A stretch of DNA of 64,000 bases from the NCBI GenBank assembly GCA_964035545.1, contig OZ037771.1, positions 10,978,480-11,042,479 on the forward strand, given 5' to 3'. Within the stretch, counting starts at the first letter, position 1; each line of letters opens with the position of its first letter. The notes beneath the pieces were generated by a model, which was not told where the DNA came from, did no database searches, and saw nothing but the letters and a program-made list of their open reading frames with translations. A program made the position numbers and the translations under genes. This DNA comes from Bugula neritina. Lineage: Eukaryota; Animalia; Bryozoa. This document shows positions 13,498-27,448 of this stretch, one piece after another.

Positions 13498-14070
<573 letters not shown>

Positions 14071-14079
14071 TATGTATCA

Positions 14080-14937
14080 AAGGGCGACTCTAATGCTGTG
14101 ATGGGGCGAGCATCACAGATGTTTTCCTATCGGCTTTTCCCGAGCATTCAGAACAAGTGTTCAGAAGACTGGCCTACAAAGCATTGTACGTACTGATTAC
14201 GAGCACCAAGCAGTTCATCTCTTTTTTTAGTAGCACAATCACAGAAAGGTGACCCAGCCCAGAACAAGTAAAACACTTCGATCCTGTTGCTTTTATATCT
14301 TGTCTTATGCTAGCAAAAATAAAACTTGACTTGGTACTTTGGATTGATAGCATGGTCCTTACTTCAATTACAAGTTTGGGTGACTCCAACCTACTAAAAC
14401 ATTCACTGATAATTTCATGCTTATGGCTACATCAGCAGGCAGCCTAGACACAAACGCACACCTAGCAATAAATCTTTGCTTTGCTGTTTCATCAGGCTAA
14501 TTAATCCCCGTAGGTCAGCTAAATACACAACTTCAGACTTATTTTACATCAAAGTTCTGCCTTTATTGCTCATATAATATGACGAGAAGATATCAATGCT
14601 GAAGGCTGTGCTCAACTCACTCATGAGTTTAGCATAGTGTTATGAATTTACATTCACTATAATTAGTGGGTCTACTTATGCAAAGCCACTTCACCAGGTT
14701 TCTCACAATTGAATAGACTTTATTATTCACGAATTATACAAGAAAATAAATTACTAACACTAATGCACACGATTACATAATAGAGAGTGAGTTATACACA
14801 ACTGTACATGATTAGAACTCGATCCACTCTGCCGGCTACGCTGCCTCACAAGCTTCCACTATACATTTGCAGCTCCGCCTCCTACTAATTGCTGGTCACA
14901 TCCCATTGGTTAACACGGTGGTGCCATCCTAACGACA
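14080..14937 (-). mobile_element. Truncated, decayed LTR retrotransposon (LTR plus gag remnant)
   Basis: CFTCSGLGH knuckle remnant in ORF 14174-14389; gag-like fragments similar to 57200-57660. Confidence 0.5.
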
Positions 14938-14995
14938 TGATGCTGACTGCATCATGTAACTGTCCGAGATAGAGTTATCTTTTTGATATAAACTA

Positions 14996-15341
14996 AGCCT
15001 AGGGCCACACGGTGCGTATTTTCGCATGCGAAAATTGAAATCAGAAGTAGCAAAGGTGTCCACTGTGCGCGTTGAGAAAACATTTGCACTTGTCGCTCTG
15101 CATTTTCAACGCAAGTGCGAATCGTCTCTGTCGTCGTCACCTAATTGGCTGGTAGTTATTTAGCGAGCCCAATTTCGTTATTTTAGTGCTACATTCCAGT
15201 AAATTGCGTTTTATTAAAAGCGAGTGCGATTTAAAAATGAATGCTTTATTTATCACGCATCACTGACGCTACAGTGGACACCTTTGCTACTTCTGATTTC
15301 AATTTTCGCATGCGAAAATACGCGCCGTGTGGCCCTAGGCT
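14996..15341. mobile_element. MITE with ~71-bp terminal inverted repeats
   Basis: agcctagggccacacgg...tccactgt (14996-15066) is inverted at 15271-15341; flanked by TA on both sides; no coding capacity. Confidence 0.85.
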
Positions 15342-15673
15342 TACTAATTGGAAACACAATACTAAAACTCTTTACAATAGTTTGCTTTTATTCCCGCACT
15401 CAGTTGCTGATTGACTTCAAAAGCAGATAGATATCATAAAATCAAATACGAAAGCACAGAAATTAAAAAGACGCAAGCAACAGAGTTAAATGGAGATCAC
15501 TAATTGACTTGGCTATGCAGAACTCTGTTACCCACAAGGGCTAAAACAAATACGATAAAAAACAATAAGAGGAAAGGAATTACTTTTAACTATATTACAA
15601 TGAATAAATGGTACTAATGATAAAATTAAACTCTTTGAAAAAAGATCGATTAGATGAACCTAATATTAGATTG

Positions 15674-16073
15674 TGTGGGCTGTAAGTATGCCGATGCCAT
15701 TAGCGGCGTAGCAAGATAGAGTGCTTAGATACACAGCAGGGGTCAAGGACTTCTCCTCGTGCTGCGCTGCGAAACAAAAGCCTACTCATAAATAGTGTGA
15801 CAGTGTTCGACTGAGAACGTTTATATCTATTAGAGAGTTTAGCAAATTCAAGTTTCTAGCCATTGTATTCTGGGCGAATACGGTGATTTGCTGGGCAGAT
15901 CACGGGTGGAGATTGGGGTGACTAAGGGGTGGTTTGGAGGTCACGGTGACAGCTTGGGGCTGTCGATATAATATTATTCGTATTATAATTATATTCATTA
16001 TTATAAGTTACTGCTAGTCTCCGTTATTTGTTTTGAGTTTGACTCTCATATTGATTTGCACTTGCAGGTAACA
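15674..16073 (+). repeat. 5' LTR (400 bp)
   Basis: Near-identical to 20556-20951, with a few transitions and small indels. Confidence 0.95.
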
Positions 16074-16272
16074 AGTTATTTCGGCAGCATTATCATTATT
16101 ATTGCTATTATTACTATTATTACTATTATTACTTTATGGTTAGTAACAACGTGATATAATCATAATATTACTGCTGTTTCTTACTACTACTTAAACGTAG
16201 TTAGTAAGCTTGTGCATTCTGGTTCTCAGTCAAATAGTTTATTACTCATACTTGTTGACTGTGGAGAACGGA

Positions 16273-17211
16273 ATGTCACGGGAAGGAGAGAAAATTGAAG
16301 GCGAGGACTCTCCTGGGGAGAGTTCGGCAGTTGGTGGCGCTTCCGACCTTGGCGGGCCATCATCTGCGGGAACTGGGCTTGCAGCTCCAGTTCTGTTGGA
16401 TGCGAGGGTTTTGGCTAGCATCCTCAATCAGGCAAAGGGCCCGATTCTGTCAAGAATTTGACAAGCCACGCCCCAGTTTACTGGCGATGGCAGTGTAGAT
16501 GTCACTGCGTGGATCAGGGAGTTTGAAGGACTCTGCGAGGTGGAACAGATTGCCCCAACGGAAATCCTCATCTACATGTTGGGTGGCAATGCTGCTCGCG
16601 TCTACAGCAGGATGCGTGTGGCCGAAGCATTCCAATGGGATGTAGTAAAAGCGGCCTTGGTGGCCGAGTACGCCATGCCTATGCAGGAAGCATGGCGTAG
16701 GTTCATTACCTGCCGCACGGAAGACGGGGACACGATTGACGTGTACCTGGACCGCTTGGAGCGGTTCGGTGGGCGAGTCGGCATGACCTGCAATGATCTG
16801 AGTTTTCGAGCTCAGTTTTATGAAGGCTTGCCGGCCTCTGTCTATGAGTGGGCAGTAACCCTCGAAAGTGCCTACAAGGCCGACTTTGGGTCAGTTTTGG
16901 CACGTGTACGAGAAAGAGTGGTCTCGTGCAGGGCTGTTGCACGCCGTTCTAGATCTGGGCAACAGTCGGGGGAAGTTGCTGCTGCTTCTGGAAGAGCGCA
17001 GCAGCAGTCAGGTGCCAGTTCCTGCTATCGGTGTGGTGGTGCACACCGGGTAAAGGATTGCACCGAGAGCAGGCGGGCTTCTTTCAACAAGCGGCCCGTG
17101 AGAAACTCTTCTGGGAAGAGAGCTGGATGCTTCCGGTGCGGAGGCATCGACCACTGGGTTCGGGACTGCCCGAAACCGCCTGCAGTAGCTGCCGGGCTGG
17201 AAGGTAACTAG
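16273..17211 (+). pseudogene. gag: gag with two CCHC zinc knuckles and an in-frame TGA at 16459
   Basis: CYRCGGAHRVKDC and CFRCGGIDHWVRDC; ORFs 16210 and 16540 share a frame. Confidence 0.85.
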
Positions 17212-17213
17212 CC

Positions 17214-17256
17214 GGGTTTTCAGGCGGAGGATGCAACTCGGGGCGCCGCATCCTCC
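17214..17256 (+). promoter_or_regulatory. Putative -1 programmed ribosomal frameshift signal
   Basis: G GGT TTT heptamer in the gag frame, 5-nt spacer, 9-bp stem GGAGGATGC/GCATCCTCC; pol is in the -1 frame and open from this point. Confidence 0.7.
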
Positions 17257-20200
17257 AACATGGATATCACAGTTTAGGCGTTAACCGCCGAGGGCCTTGC
17301 TCTTTATTGATGAGCGAGGTTCTGAGCGGTGCATGCGTACCGCGGGATAGCTTGGCGCTATCTGGGGCAATTAGTAGGACTACCACAAGTAGCCATATGC
17401 CCATCATTCAGGCAGTGCTGAACGGCCGTTGTTTCTCGTGTCTTGTCGACACTGGAAGCGAGCGGACTCTGGTAAGTCCACGGGTGGTTGGTGGGAAACG
17501 GCTCAAAGCAGGCCGGCCGTTATTAACGGCTGATGGCAGTGCCTCTCACGTGGAGGGCACTTGCCGAGTTACCGTTGGACTGCAGGGACACTGCTTCAGT
17601 GTCTCGGCTCCTGTCATGAGCGAGTTGGAGAACCTTGGCGTTGATTGCCTCATTGGTGGTGATGCCATCGACCATATGGGGGGTGTGACTGTCAGGAGAG
17701 GCTCTGACTCGCGAAACCCAGTTGTCTGGGGGAAGCAAAGTTCAGATGGCTGCTGTGACTTTCCTCGTCAGAAAGTTGCCAGCCCAGGCCTGGCCTGTGG
17801 GGCTACGACAGCTGTCAATGATAGTCGTAGCAGTGACTTGGGGTCGCTGCGAGTGGAGGATCCCGATTTCGTGGCCAATTTTGACAATGGTCGATGGACC
17901 GTCAGTTGGCGGTGGACCGGGGAGTCTCTATCAAACTCCAAACTCGTGTGTCAGAGTAAAGGTGTACTCAGGCGCCTCAGATTCGTGAACGCTACTGCGC
18001 AGAGCTGGAGAGCTGGATCTCCAAGGGTTGATTAAAGCGATGGGAGGGCCCAGTTGAAGGGGTTATCCCTTTGCTTGCAGTGTTCCAGCCAACTAAGGAC
18101 AAGGTGCGGCCAGTCATGGACTACCGAGAGCTGAACAACTACGTGGAATCTCACACTGGCGATGACAAGGTTGCGGTGTGTAGTGAAAAGATTAGAAAGT
18201 GGAGACAGTTGAAAGGTAACCTTCGAGTTGTGGATCTGAAGTCAGCCTATCTTCGGATTCACATAGCTAGAGATCTGTGGAAGTACCAGGTCGTTAGACA
18301 TAAGGGGGTGCACTACGCCCTGACTCGGCTCGGTTTTGGACTGTCATGCGCTCCCAGAATTATGACTTCGATTCTTGGTAAAGTACTGTCGATGGACGAC
18401 CGGGTTCGTCGGGCAACGGACCACTACATTGATGACGTAGTGGTGCAGGAGTCTGTTGTCGGTGCTGAGGAAGTACGAAAGCATCTAGCCAAGTATGGGC
18501 TCGAGACTAAAGAGCCGGAAAGTCTTGATGGAGGTCGACTGTTGGGAATTGCCCTAAAAAGTGACAGTCGCGGAGAACTACGAATGATGAGGGCAACAGC
18601 CCTCTCAGAGATCCACTTGAAGCCAAAAAGCCTCACACAGCGTGGCCTCTTCTCCCTATGTGGTCGGTTGATCGGTCACTATCCGGTGGCTGGATGGCTC
18701 CGTATGCACTGCAGCTTCCTCAAACGATTAGGATGTGGTGGGGGTTGGGATGCTCCTGTTGGAGATGCTGTCAGCAATCTGGCTGCAGAGTTGCTGAACA
18801 GAGCTAAGCGAGAGGACCCTGTGTGGGGGTGCTGGCGAGTGAATCCAGGAGGATCCGTTACAGTGTGGACAGATGCTAGCTCCATAGGGATAGGCGTGGT
18901 CCTGGAGGTAGATGGCAATGTTGTAGAGGATGCGTCATGGCTACGGAAGGAGTCCGATCATTCCCATATCAATGTTGCCGAGTTGGAGGCTGTGGCTAGA
19001 GGAATCAACCTGGCGGTCACGTGGGGGTTTAAAACCTTCACGCTAGCAATCGACCCGCTCACGGTCGTCAACTGGATGGGTATCACTGTTGACGCTCGTA
19101 GTCGCGTGAGAACAAAGAGTGCTGCAGAGATGCTCATAAAGCGTCGTTTGGGTGTAATCCGAGACACGATCACCGAGTTCGACCTTGAAATATCAGTTCG
19201 TTTTGTGCCGACGGCAGAAAACAAAGCTGATTGCATGACTAGGGTGGCTAAGCAGTGGCTTGGGAGCCGTGGACTTGGCAGCACCGACATGCAGGTGACT
19301 GCAGCACTTTCAACAGGGGAAAGTGTGGAAGATGCCATTTGGGCGGCGCACCTGCCTCATTATTTAGGCGTTGATCGGACGCTTTACCTTGCTCGACAAA
19401 TTTGTAGAGATCTGTCCAGAGAGCAAGTGAAGCGTGAGTTGGCTGGGTGTGAGACATGCCAGAGGGTCGACCCCGCCTTAAGGTCTGAGAACATTGTCCC
19501 GACAGGAAGCTTGTCGGTAGAAGGAAATTGGCAGAGAGTTGCGATTGATGTAACCCACTACGATGGCAGACTGTTTCTGCCGATGGTCGACTGTGGTCCG
19601 TCGCGACTGGCCATCTGGCGACGTCTTCAGAGTGAGTCTGCAGAAAAAATTGTTGCTCAATTGCGCAGCGTTGTGGTTGAGCGAGGGCCATGTGAAGAGT
19701 TGCTCTTGGACAACTCCATGGCATTCAGGTCAGCATCTGTTGAGGAGTTTGCTGACGAGTGGGGAATATCTCTTCGATTCAGAGCCGCTTACGCCCCGAG
19801 CGGCAACGAGATTGTAGAGAGAAACCACCGGACAATCAAAAGGATTGCGGAGAGAGGGGGAATTTCTCCCGAAGAAGCCACATTCTGGTATAATGTGACA
19901 CCCAGGAAGGACGCAGATGAAGGTTCGGTGCCTTCTAACGTACTCTTTCGATACCCTTGGCGGATACCATTTGATATTAATACCCCAGAAGCTGACGTTT
20001 GTGGTGACTGTAACTTCGCCGTTGGCGATGAAGTCTGGCTGAAGCCACCAACACCCTCGTGCACCAGGCAGTGAGCACTCGGTGAGGTCACCGGGGTTGT
20101 ATCAAGACACACAGTGTGTGTGAATGGGGTACCACGGCATGTCAGAGACGTGCGAAAGCGTCGTCATGGTAGAGAGCTTGCTCAGCATGGTGGAAGGCGC

Positions 20201-20530
20201 CATCAGGGTGGCCTCGCTGCTCGTGTTGATGATCAGCATATACCCTATGCTGGGCCTCCAGGGGATCTGCCGTTAGTGCTGAGCGAGGAGCATGGCGAGG
20301 AGGCCAATGCGGGTCAGTATGCTATTCGGGAAGACCCAGCCCAACCCGATGCCGATGTAAATGGTGTAAGGTGTCCAGAACGCCCCGCCAAACAGGTTGG
20401 AGTTGATGCTGAGGAGAGCAAAAATGCAGATGTGCCGCTGCTCCATCATGGACGGCCGCAACGTGTGCGGCGGCGACCTGCGTACTTGGCTGATTATGTT
20501 GATTGGCCAGAGGTCGTGGCGTCTCCCTAG
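17214..20530 (+). pseudogene. pol: pol (protease, RT, RNase H, integrase), disrupted
   Basis: LVDTGS protease; DLKSAY..HYIDD RT; TDAS..ELEA..NKAD RNase H; CETC plus D-D-E integrase. Frameshift near 17930, stops near 17957, 18029 and 20072. Confidence 0.9.
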
Positions 20531-20555
20531 TAGCTTTGTAAGAAGCTAAGGGAGA

Positions 20556-20951
20556 TGTGGGCTGTAAGTATGCCGATGCCGTTAGCGGCGTAGCAAGATA
20601 GAGTGCTTAGGTACACAGCAGGGGTCAAGGACTTCTCCTCGTGCTGCGCTGCGAAACAAAAGCCTACTCATAAATAGTGTGACAGTGTTCGACTGAGAAC
20701 GTTTATATCTATTAGTTCAGCAAATTCAAGTTTCTAGCCATTGTATTCTGGGCGAATACGGTGATTTGCTGGGCAGATCACGGGTGGAGATTGGGGTGAC
20801 TAAGGGGTGGTTTGGAGGTCACGGTGACAGCTTGGGGCTGTCGATATTTTATTATTCGCATTATAATTATTATCATTATTATAAGTTACTGCTAGTCTCC
20901 GTTATTTGTTTTGAATTTGACTCTCATATTGATTTGCACTTGCAGGTAACA
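20556..20951 (+). repeat. 3' LTR (396 bp)
   Basis: Follows purine tract aagaagctaagggaga; ends ggtaaca then TSD. Confidence 0.95.
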
Positions 20952-23098
20952 GATTGTGTTCGTATTTAGTATTTTTAGACTGGCAAAATGTATTTCAAGA
21001 AGCTTTTTATGCTCACATATATGTAATTGTTTGAGTGTACTTGGGTATTTTTTAATGCATATTTTAATTTTTTGTCTGTGGGATGGAGATGACAACTTCT
21101 TGATTTGACTTTAATGGATTGTCCACTGAACCCCAGTCATATATATTGGCATATATAAAGTGCATTTTACTTTATTAAAAGTTTTATAATTTTCAAAAAC
21201 TACTCTTTTAGTCAGACAATACGGAAATTATCAGTTTAATCATTTCTATCAGCAAAATGGCATTTGCCACAAATCATTATATGCTCAGCTAATTTCTAGA
21301 GAATGCAAATCTTTCTTCAAGTTTTAATGATGAATTACACATTTTATTTCATCCTTGCATTTCATAATTGTAATTGAATTTTGTTTTTATTTTGGTAAGT
21401 CAAATAAGCTCAGAATTCAAGCTGCGAAACTAGTATTTTTCAACTTTTAAATTTCAAATTTAAATATTCTGTTTACCATTTGTAAGCTATATGTAGCTAT
21501 GTGTACATTAGCAAACGTTTTGTATTTTGGTTTTTTTAATTTTTGGAGTAAAAATCTCTTTAGCATGAGCAAAAATGCTAAATTTATTGCAATGAAGCAC
21601 TATTGTTGAGCAATATTTTCAAAAGCTCAAAACAGGGTGAAAATTCTGTATAAAAATATTAGTGCACTTTTTATGCTATAGGCTACTATGATAGAGTGTG
21701 ATATAGTATAAAATTGTGTATTATATATTATATGATCATGTGACATACTATAATATTACAGTTTTTCAAAGTTATAAAACAGTGTCATGTAATATAATGT
21801 AGTGTGATACAGTATAATAGAGTGTTCAATAATATTTAATACAGCGTAATATGTTATATATCAAAATTTGATATTGTAGTGGAAATTTACAAGAATAGTA
21901 TAACGTGTCTTTTACCTAGAGTTGTCTTTTCAAATTTTGATATTATTTTATTTAACAGTTACAATTGTGTAAATCGATCCTGTTCAAAAATTGGAATAGA
22001 TCCTGATGTCGGAATCCGAATGTCACACAGGATAGTTAAGGGCAACCTTTTAGCTGCAACTGCCTTGCTGAGGTTTACATTGTAATCATATAAGAATTCA
22101 GTACCAGTAAAATAAAATCTCACCTAATTGTGCTAGAGTCAAAATTTAAAAACTATGTTGTAGATCTTCTTTTTCTCCAGTGTAAGTTTTCTGGAAATTT
22201 CAATTTTCATTTTTTTTGCGAAGTTATAGACAAAAAACTGCCGAGTTTTGGCCAATTTTGCCTGAAAAGCTGACTTTTCAGTACCAGTAAAATATCTCAG
22301 CAGCAAAGCATGATATCTGAATAAAAATTGCACTGCTGGAATCCTGAGATATTTCTCCAGTGTAAGTTTTTTTCTTTTTTCAATAACTCTGCTAGATTGC
22401 TCATAAATTGGTGATTTATACACTGAAAATGCCATATTTTCTCATAAGAAACTAGCAGCGCGCAGCGCTTCACGCTTCACTGAGCACGTAGGGATGAGAA
22501 GATATTGGCGCCTACATAATAACTACAGGCTAGCTAGCTGGCAGGCTATAATGAATAGCTTGCTTTGTACTTTGTTTATGTAGCACCAATAATGGAATGT
22601 TGATAGATAACGCAGCCCTAACGAAGGTTGCTGCTTATTGGTTGTAGTTTAATCTTAGGCTAAACAATTACAAGTAGGCAACACGCATGCCACCCGCAGA
22701 GCAATATTATTCAAGAACCCGAACTACATTTTGAGAGAAATTTATGATATTCTTAGTGAGGATGCCCTTAACTATCCTGTGCAGAATAGATTCCGATGTC
22801 AGGGGCTGATGTCAGAATATATTCCGACATCGGTAAACGCAACAAAATGTCAGAAAGCCCGACTTTTGGACAGGATCGGTAGAAGTTGCTAGACGGGCTT
22901 TGCCTCTGTAAATGAAAAGGCAAGATCACCGAGTAGAATCAGTCTACCACTGAAGCTCACAGGATACATACCTACTTATACACGCTACTTTTGATACAGT
23001 AAATATTTATTTTCTCAAGACTACAATTTTACCTTGTTTTTTTTATACTGGAGTTATGCTCCCCACTCAATTTCCTTCAACCCACACAACTACTACAT

Positions 23099-26000
23099 TG
23101 GTGGCAGCAGTGTGATTCAAAATAGTTAAGTGGCCCTACATAAAGAAATAGCAAAACAAGATGACTGAAGGGGAGAGAGGACCAGCACTTCAAAAGCCAG
23201 CAGGACCAGCCCTCATTTTGGAGAACTTGGTGACAGCTCTCCAAGAAGTCAGTGGGGTGAGGCAAGTGCCTTTTGGTGACAGGTACCGCCTCAAGCCTCC
23301 GACTCTCAGAGGGGACAGTGGTGTTGAGCAGTTCATCTGCAAGTTTGAGGATGTGGCCACCATCGCTAAATGGCCAGCACCGTTGCGCGTCCTCAAACTC
23401 TGAGGCTGTCTGACAGGCCAGGAGCTTTGCTCTCGGGCCCAATGGAGCACACATCATTAGAACTTTTCAAACTCGACTTGGAATAACAGCCTGAGAGCCA
23501 AAGGACAAGCTCCAAGGGCTACGGAGAGACTGGAGAATGACCTTGCAAGACCATGCCAACACTATTGAGAGGCTGGCCCAGATTGCGTTCAGTCGCATGA
23601 AGAAATAGGAAAGGAGGAGCCCGGCGTGTGAGGTGTTTTTCCAAACCATTAACAACCCAGGGCTGCAGCGCTATTGGTTGGCAGCAAAGATCCACACCAC
23701 CAAGGAAGCAGTAGAGATGGGCAGGGCCTACTGCCAAGTAGATGGGCCCCATTGGCCAGAATTCACTGCCAACCAAGTGATAGAAGAGGAGAAAGAGACC
23801 ACCTGGTCCCTTGCTCCTCAAAAAGCGGCAGCTACCACTAAATCACCGGAGCCCACGCAGCTCACCATATTGATGGGCATGATGAAGGGCATGCAGGCTG
23901 CGGTGACGGAGCTACAACTTGATCAGGTCGATAGAGGGGCTCCCCGATCCCGGGATGACCCTGTCCGTCATCACACTTCACCTGTTGGAGTTGTGGTGCA
24001 TCAGGACATGTGAAGAGACACTGCCCTATTGGAGGACGAGTGTCTTTAAACACCCGAGACTCATGATAATTTCCGCTAACCGTGAGCCCAAAGCCAGTTT
24101 GATTTGAAGGGGAGGCACAGTTTGATTAGGGTCATCTTTCTGCTGAATCAGTAATTTTATTGCTCCATTATAATTATATATGAAATAGTGCCCAACTCAT
24201 AATTCGACTAATTTTGAGGCTAAACTCAAAATAAAAAACCATCTTGTAAATATTTTTCTGCTCTATTAGAGGCTTTTTTAAAATCTTTATATACTTAAAT
24301 CATTGCATTTTTATGCTTCAAAAACAGTCAAAAATTGCTCATTTTTGCATAAAAAAACATGGTCTCAATGCCCCACAAATAATTCAATTCCTAATCAACT
24401 TATTTTTGCAAAAATTGAAATATAGAGTTATAAGATATTTGTCTATGAGAGGCCATTTCAAGTTTTTGCATAACCTTAACAGGATTGGTGTAAACATGTA
24501 ATTTATACACTGTTTTTTTTAAATTTCACTTCTCACTTAGTCTGCATGCTTGGCTGAACACGGTAGAGCTGCGCTGCTAGGCTAGCCATCATAATGCTTG
24601 CCGGGAGCTCACGCGACGTGCGATTCATGTTGTTTGCGCGCTAAATCAAAGGGTTAAAGTTTATCTCTGCACTAAACTAATTACATAGTATATGAGACCA
24701 GTTATTAGATAGTAGCGCAGTGGTTGGAATCTCGATAGTTGCAATATTGTTGTACTGCCTATAGGCGTGAAGCTGTACAACGTGTAATCTACTCTGAATT
24801 TAGATTTTAGTTGTATTTATATGAAGACATTTTTAAAGCCTGCGTACATTTCTTGCTTTGACCTGTTTCTTTCTAGTGCAAAGCAGTTTAGTGATACAGC
24901 CTGCATGATAACCAAAACATTTTATGATGCTAGTGAGAGGTAATGGCCACTAAATTTTATACTTTTTGTGTGTGATTTCAAAGCAAATTTGTTGTTCTGT
25001 AGAGTGATCTAAATTATACTAATAATATAATATTTGTAACCAAACTTACTGTATGATATAATAATGAGGTGATGCTGAGGCTTGCCACGACCACATACTT
25101 GCTCTATAGATTGTTGTGATGGCTGTAATGCGCAGCCCTAGCTAATGTGATGGTTTGTTGGCAATTGTTCAACCTCATGCTAAATTATGACGAGTAGGCA
25201 ATACGAATGCAGCCTACAGAGCAATAGCAGCACGGAACTGAGACTAGATCATGAGATGATATTTTGCTGGGGATGACCTTAACTAAACTGTGAGTCCAGA
25301 AGATACCCAGGAGAACATCCATGAAGCCTGCTAATACAAAGTGGCAGACACATCGGAGTCGGAGGTCGAGAAACCTATCCAAACTTTCTGCCCGACCATT
25401 TGGTACACGGATGGAGTCTCATGACGCAGGGTGGCAGGCACTCCCGAGATCTCGGAGACCACAAGGTCTACTCAATCCTGTGGCCTGACCACTCGGGAAC
25501 TGGTTTGCGGGGTTGCCCAAAGAGGTTATGGAAGAAAATTCAGCTTACTCGCAAAAGTTTCCTAAGCTATTTTCCGAATAACCTCGAAAACCCCCAAGGT
25601 TGTAAAGACAAAGAGGAGGCCCACCGTAAGAACTCAAGTAGTGTCTCGTCCAGAGACCGACTGCTCCAGGAGCACTCAGCCGTACAGAAGCAGCTACTTC
25701 CTGCCTGGAAAAAATTTGGGTAAAACTGCCACATTACTACTAGATACTGGGTGCACTATCAACCTGCTGAACCGACGTCTCTTTGACACTCTTGGCACCC
25801 GGAAGCGGGCGAGCCTTGAGCTGTACAAAGGTACACATGGTACATTGGCGGACAAATCATGTAGTCCTTTCTACAGCATTCTTACACTACTTAAACGCGT
25901 GAGTGATCAAGTGATTCACAAGATGTTTATAATCAGCTAGCTGAAGGAAGATGCCATTCTAGGGATGCCATTTCTAAAGAAACACCAGTGTCACATAAAT

Positions 26001-26940
26001 TTTTAGAAGTTGGTGGTGGTAATGGCTGAGAAGGAACTTGTCTGTGTTGACAAGTTTGGTAGGCACTTGGTGGGCAGAGTCCAGGTAGTGGGGGACTGCA
26101 TGGATGATGAAGATGGATATCCCAGGCAACTCTCTGCTGCAGAGTCAACTGCAAGAAGATCACAGGTCTAGGAGTGGTGGAGTGGGAGTGCTTGAATCGG
26201 CTTGACTGTCGAAGATAACTTATCGTGCAGTGCATCAACCCCATTCACAGAACTTGTCAAATTATCGGCTGGAGCGCTGGTGGGGAAGTACCACTCTATT
26301 TAAGAAACTGATGTGGGGCTGGCACTGGAAACAGTGGCCGACACCCAGGAAACTCCTCCCCCTGTGTCAGTCGAGGCACTGTTCCAGAGCCCTTGACTGA
26401 CCTGTATGGCAGAGCGTGTAGCAACTGTAAGAGTAGTACTGAACGCCAGGAACGTGCTCAACTAAATCATAGATGACAGTGATGTCTTTAGTTGCGGAGA
26501 CAGAAATATAAGACTAACCAGGGTTATCTCTCATGAGATACCCTTGGCAGCCGGCACTGTTCTCATCAGACAGCCAAGGTGATGTCTGAGCTTAGAAAAA
26601 AAGAGGTAAGCTGACAAGTACAGGATTTTTTTGACTGGGACCTGATTGGGCTTGACCACGGCACATGGAGGTCTTCAGTAGTCCAGGTCAAGAAAAATGA
26701 TGGTAGTTGGAGGTTCTGCGTAAACTACCGCAAGCTCAACAGTGTAACCATTCAGGATGCTTACCCTCTCTCTTGGATAGATGAGTCTCTGGATGCCCTC
26801 GCAGGAAACCAGTATTTTAGTATTTTGGAGCTGTTTAGCGAGTACTGGCAAGTAACCTTCAGTCCAGATGCTCAGGACAAAACAGCATTCATCACACACA
26901 ACTCTGGAAATGGAAAGTATTGCCATTCGGGCTTACATCT
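23099..26940 (+). mobile_element. Decayed Ty3/Gypsy element, interrupted by insertions at about 24070-25500
   Basis: PBS-like tggtggcagcagtg at 23099; gag DRYRLKPPTLRGDSGVEQFI; protease LLDTGCT; RT RFCVNYRKLN..DAYPL; many stops and frameshifts. Confidence 0.8.
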
Positions 26941-27284
26941 GCCTCGGTTTTGTTTGTTTAATGTACATTAAACAAATAAAACCGCAACTTAATAAACAAA
27001 ATTACGCCATACCACTAAAGCTATACCAATAAGCTCTAAACCACTCAACTCACGCACACCTTTTACTAATCTATGTTGCTTTTATATTCAGATGTCTATA
27101 TTTTGTCAACTCTAATTTATTTTTTATGCAAAGAAATCAGTATAAATTTTGACTCGTATAATATAAAAAACAAGATTATCTACCTCAGTTTAAATGATTT
27201 ACAATAACTGCCACTCTCTATTCTTTGTGTCATGCATAGTGTTGAACGTAACGTAATAACCTTTAAATTTCGATCATTCTTTGC

Positions 27285-27324
27285 TACTCTGAAGATGGGC
27301 ACAGTGGTGCCCGAAATTTAAGTA
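27285..27324 (+). ncRNA. Minimal type I hammerhead motif (Penelope type)
   Basis: UACU-CUGAAGA-U-GGGCAC AGUG GUGCCC-GAAA-UU-UA/AGUA; stem III reduced to the palindrome AAAUUU. Confidence 0.6.
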
Positions 27325-27379
27325 TAATTACTTTGCCTAATAAAGTAATAAAACGACAATGTTTCTCGCGTATATTCAT

Positions 27380-27381
<2 letters not shown>

Positions 27382-27441
<60 letters not shown>

Positions 27442-27448
27442 ATATATT
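27382..27448. repeat. (TA)n microsatellite
   Basis: Direct reading. Confidence 0.95.

Larger units (their letters stand above)
15674..20951 (+). mobile_element. Full-length, disabled Ty3/Gypsy-like LTR retrotransposon
   Basis: TG..CA LTRs at 15674-16073 and 20556-20951; GATTG TSD at 15669-15673 and 20952-20956; purine tract before 20556; gag-PR-RT-RNaseH-IN order. Confidence 0.95.

Noticed and set aside
16459-16461. Programmed readthrough or selenocysteine at the gag TGA
   Set aside because: The element has several other nonsense and frameshift lesions, so simple decay is more parsimonious.
18424-20112. Antisense ORFs over pol
   Set aside because: Short shadow ORFs expected in GC-richer coding DNA, with no motifs.
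20114-20530. Possible env or extra ORF in the LTR element
   Set aside because: It is in the same frame as pol, directly after a TGA at 20072, with no signal peptide or TM segment; it is the integrase C-terminal tail.
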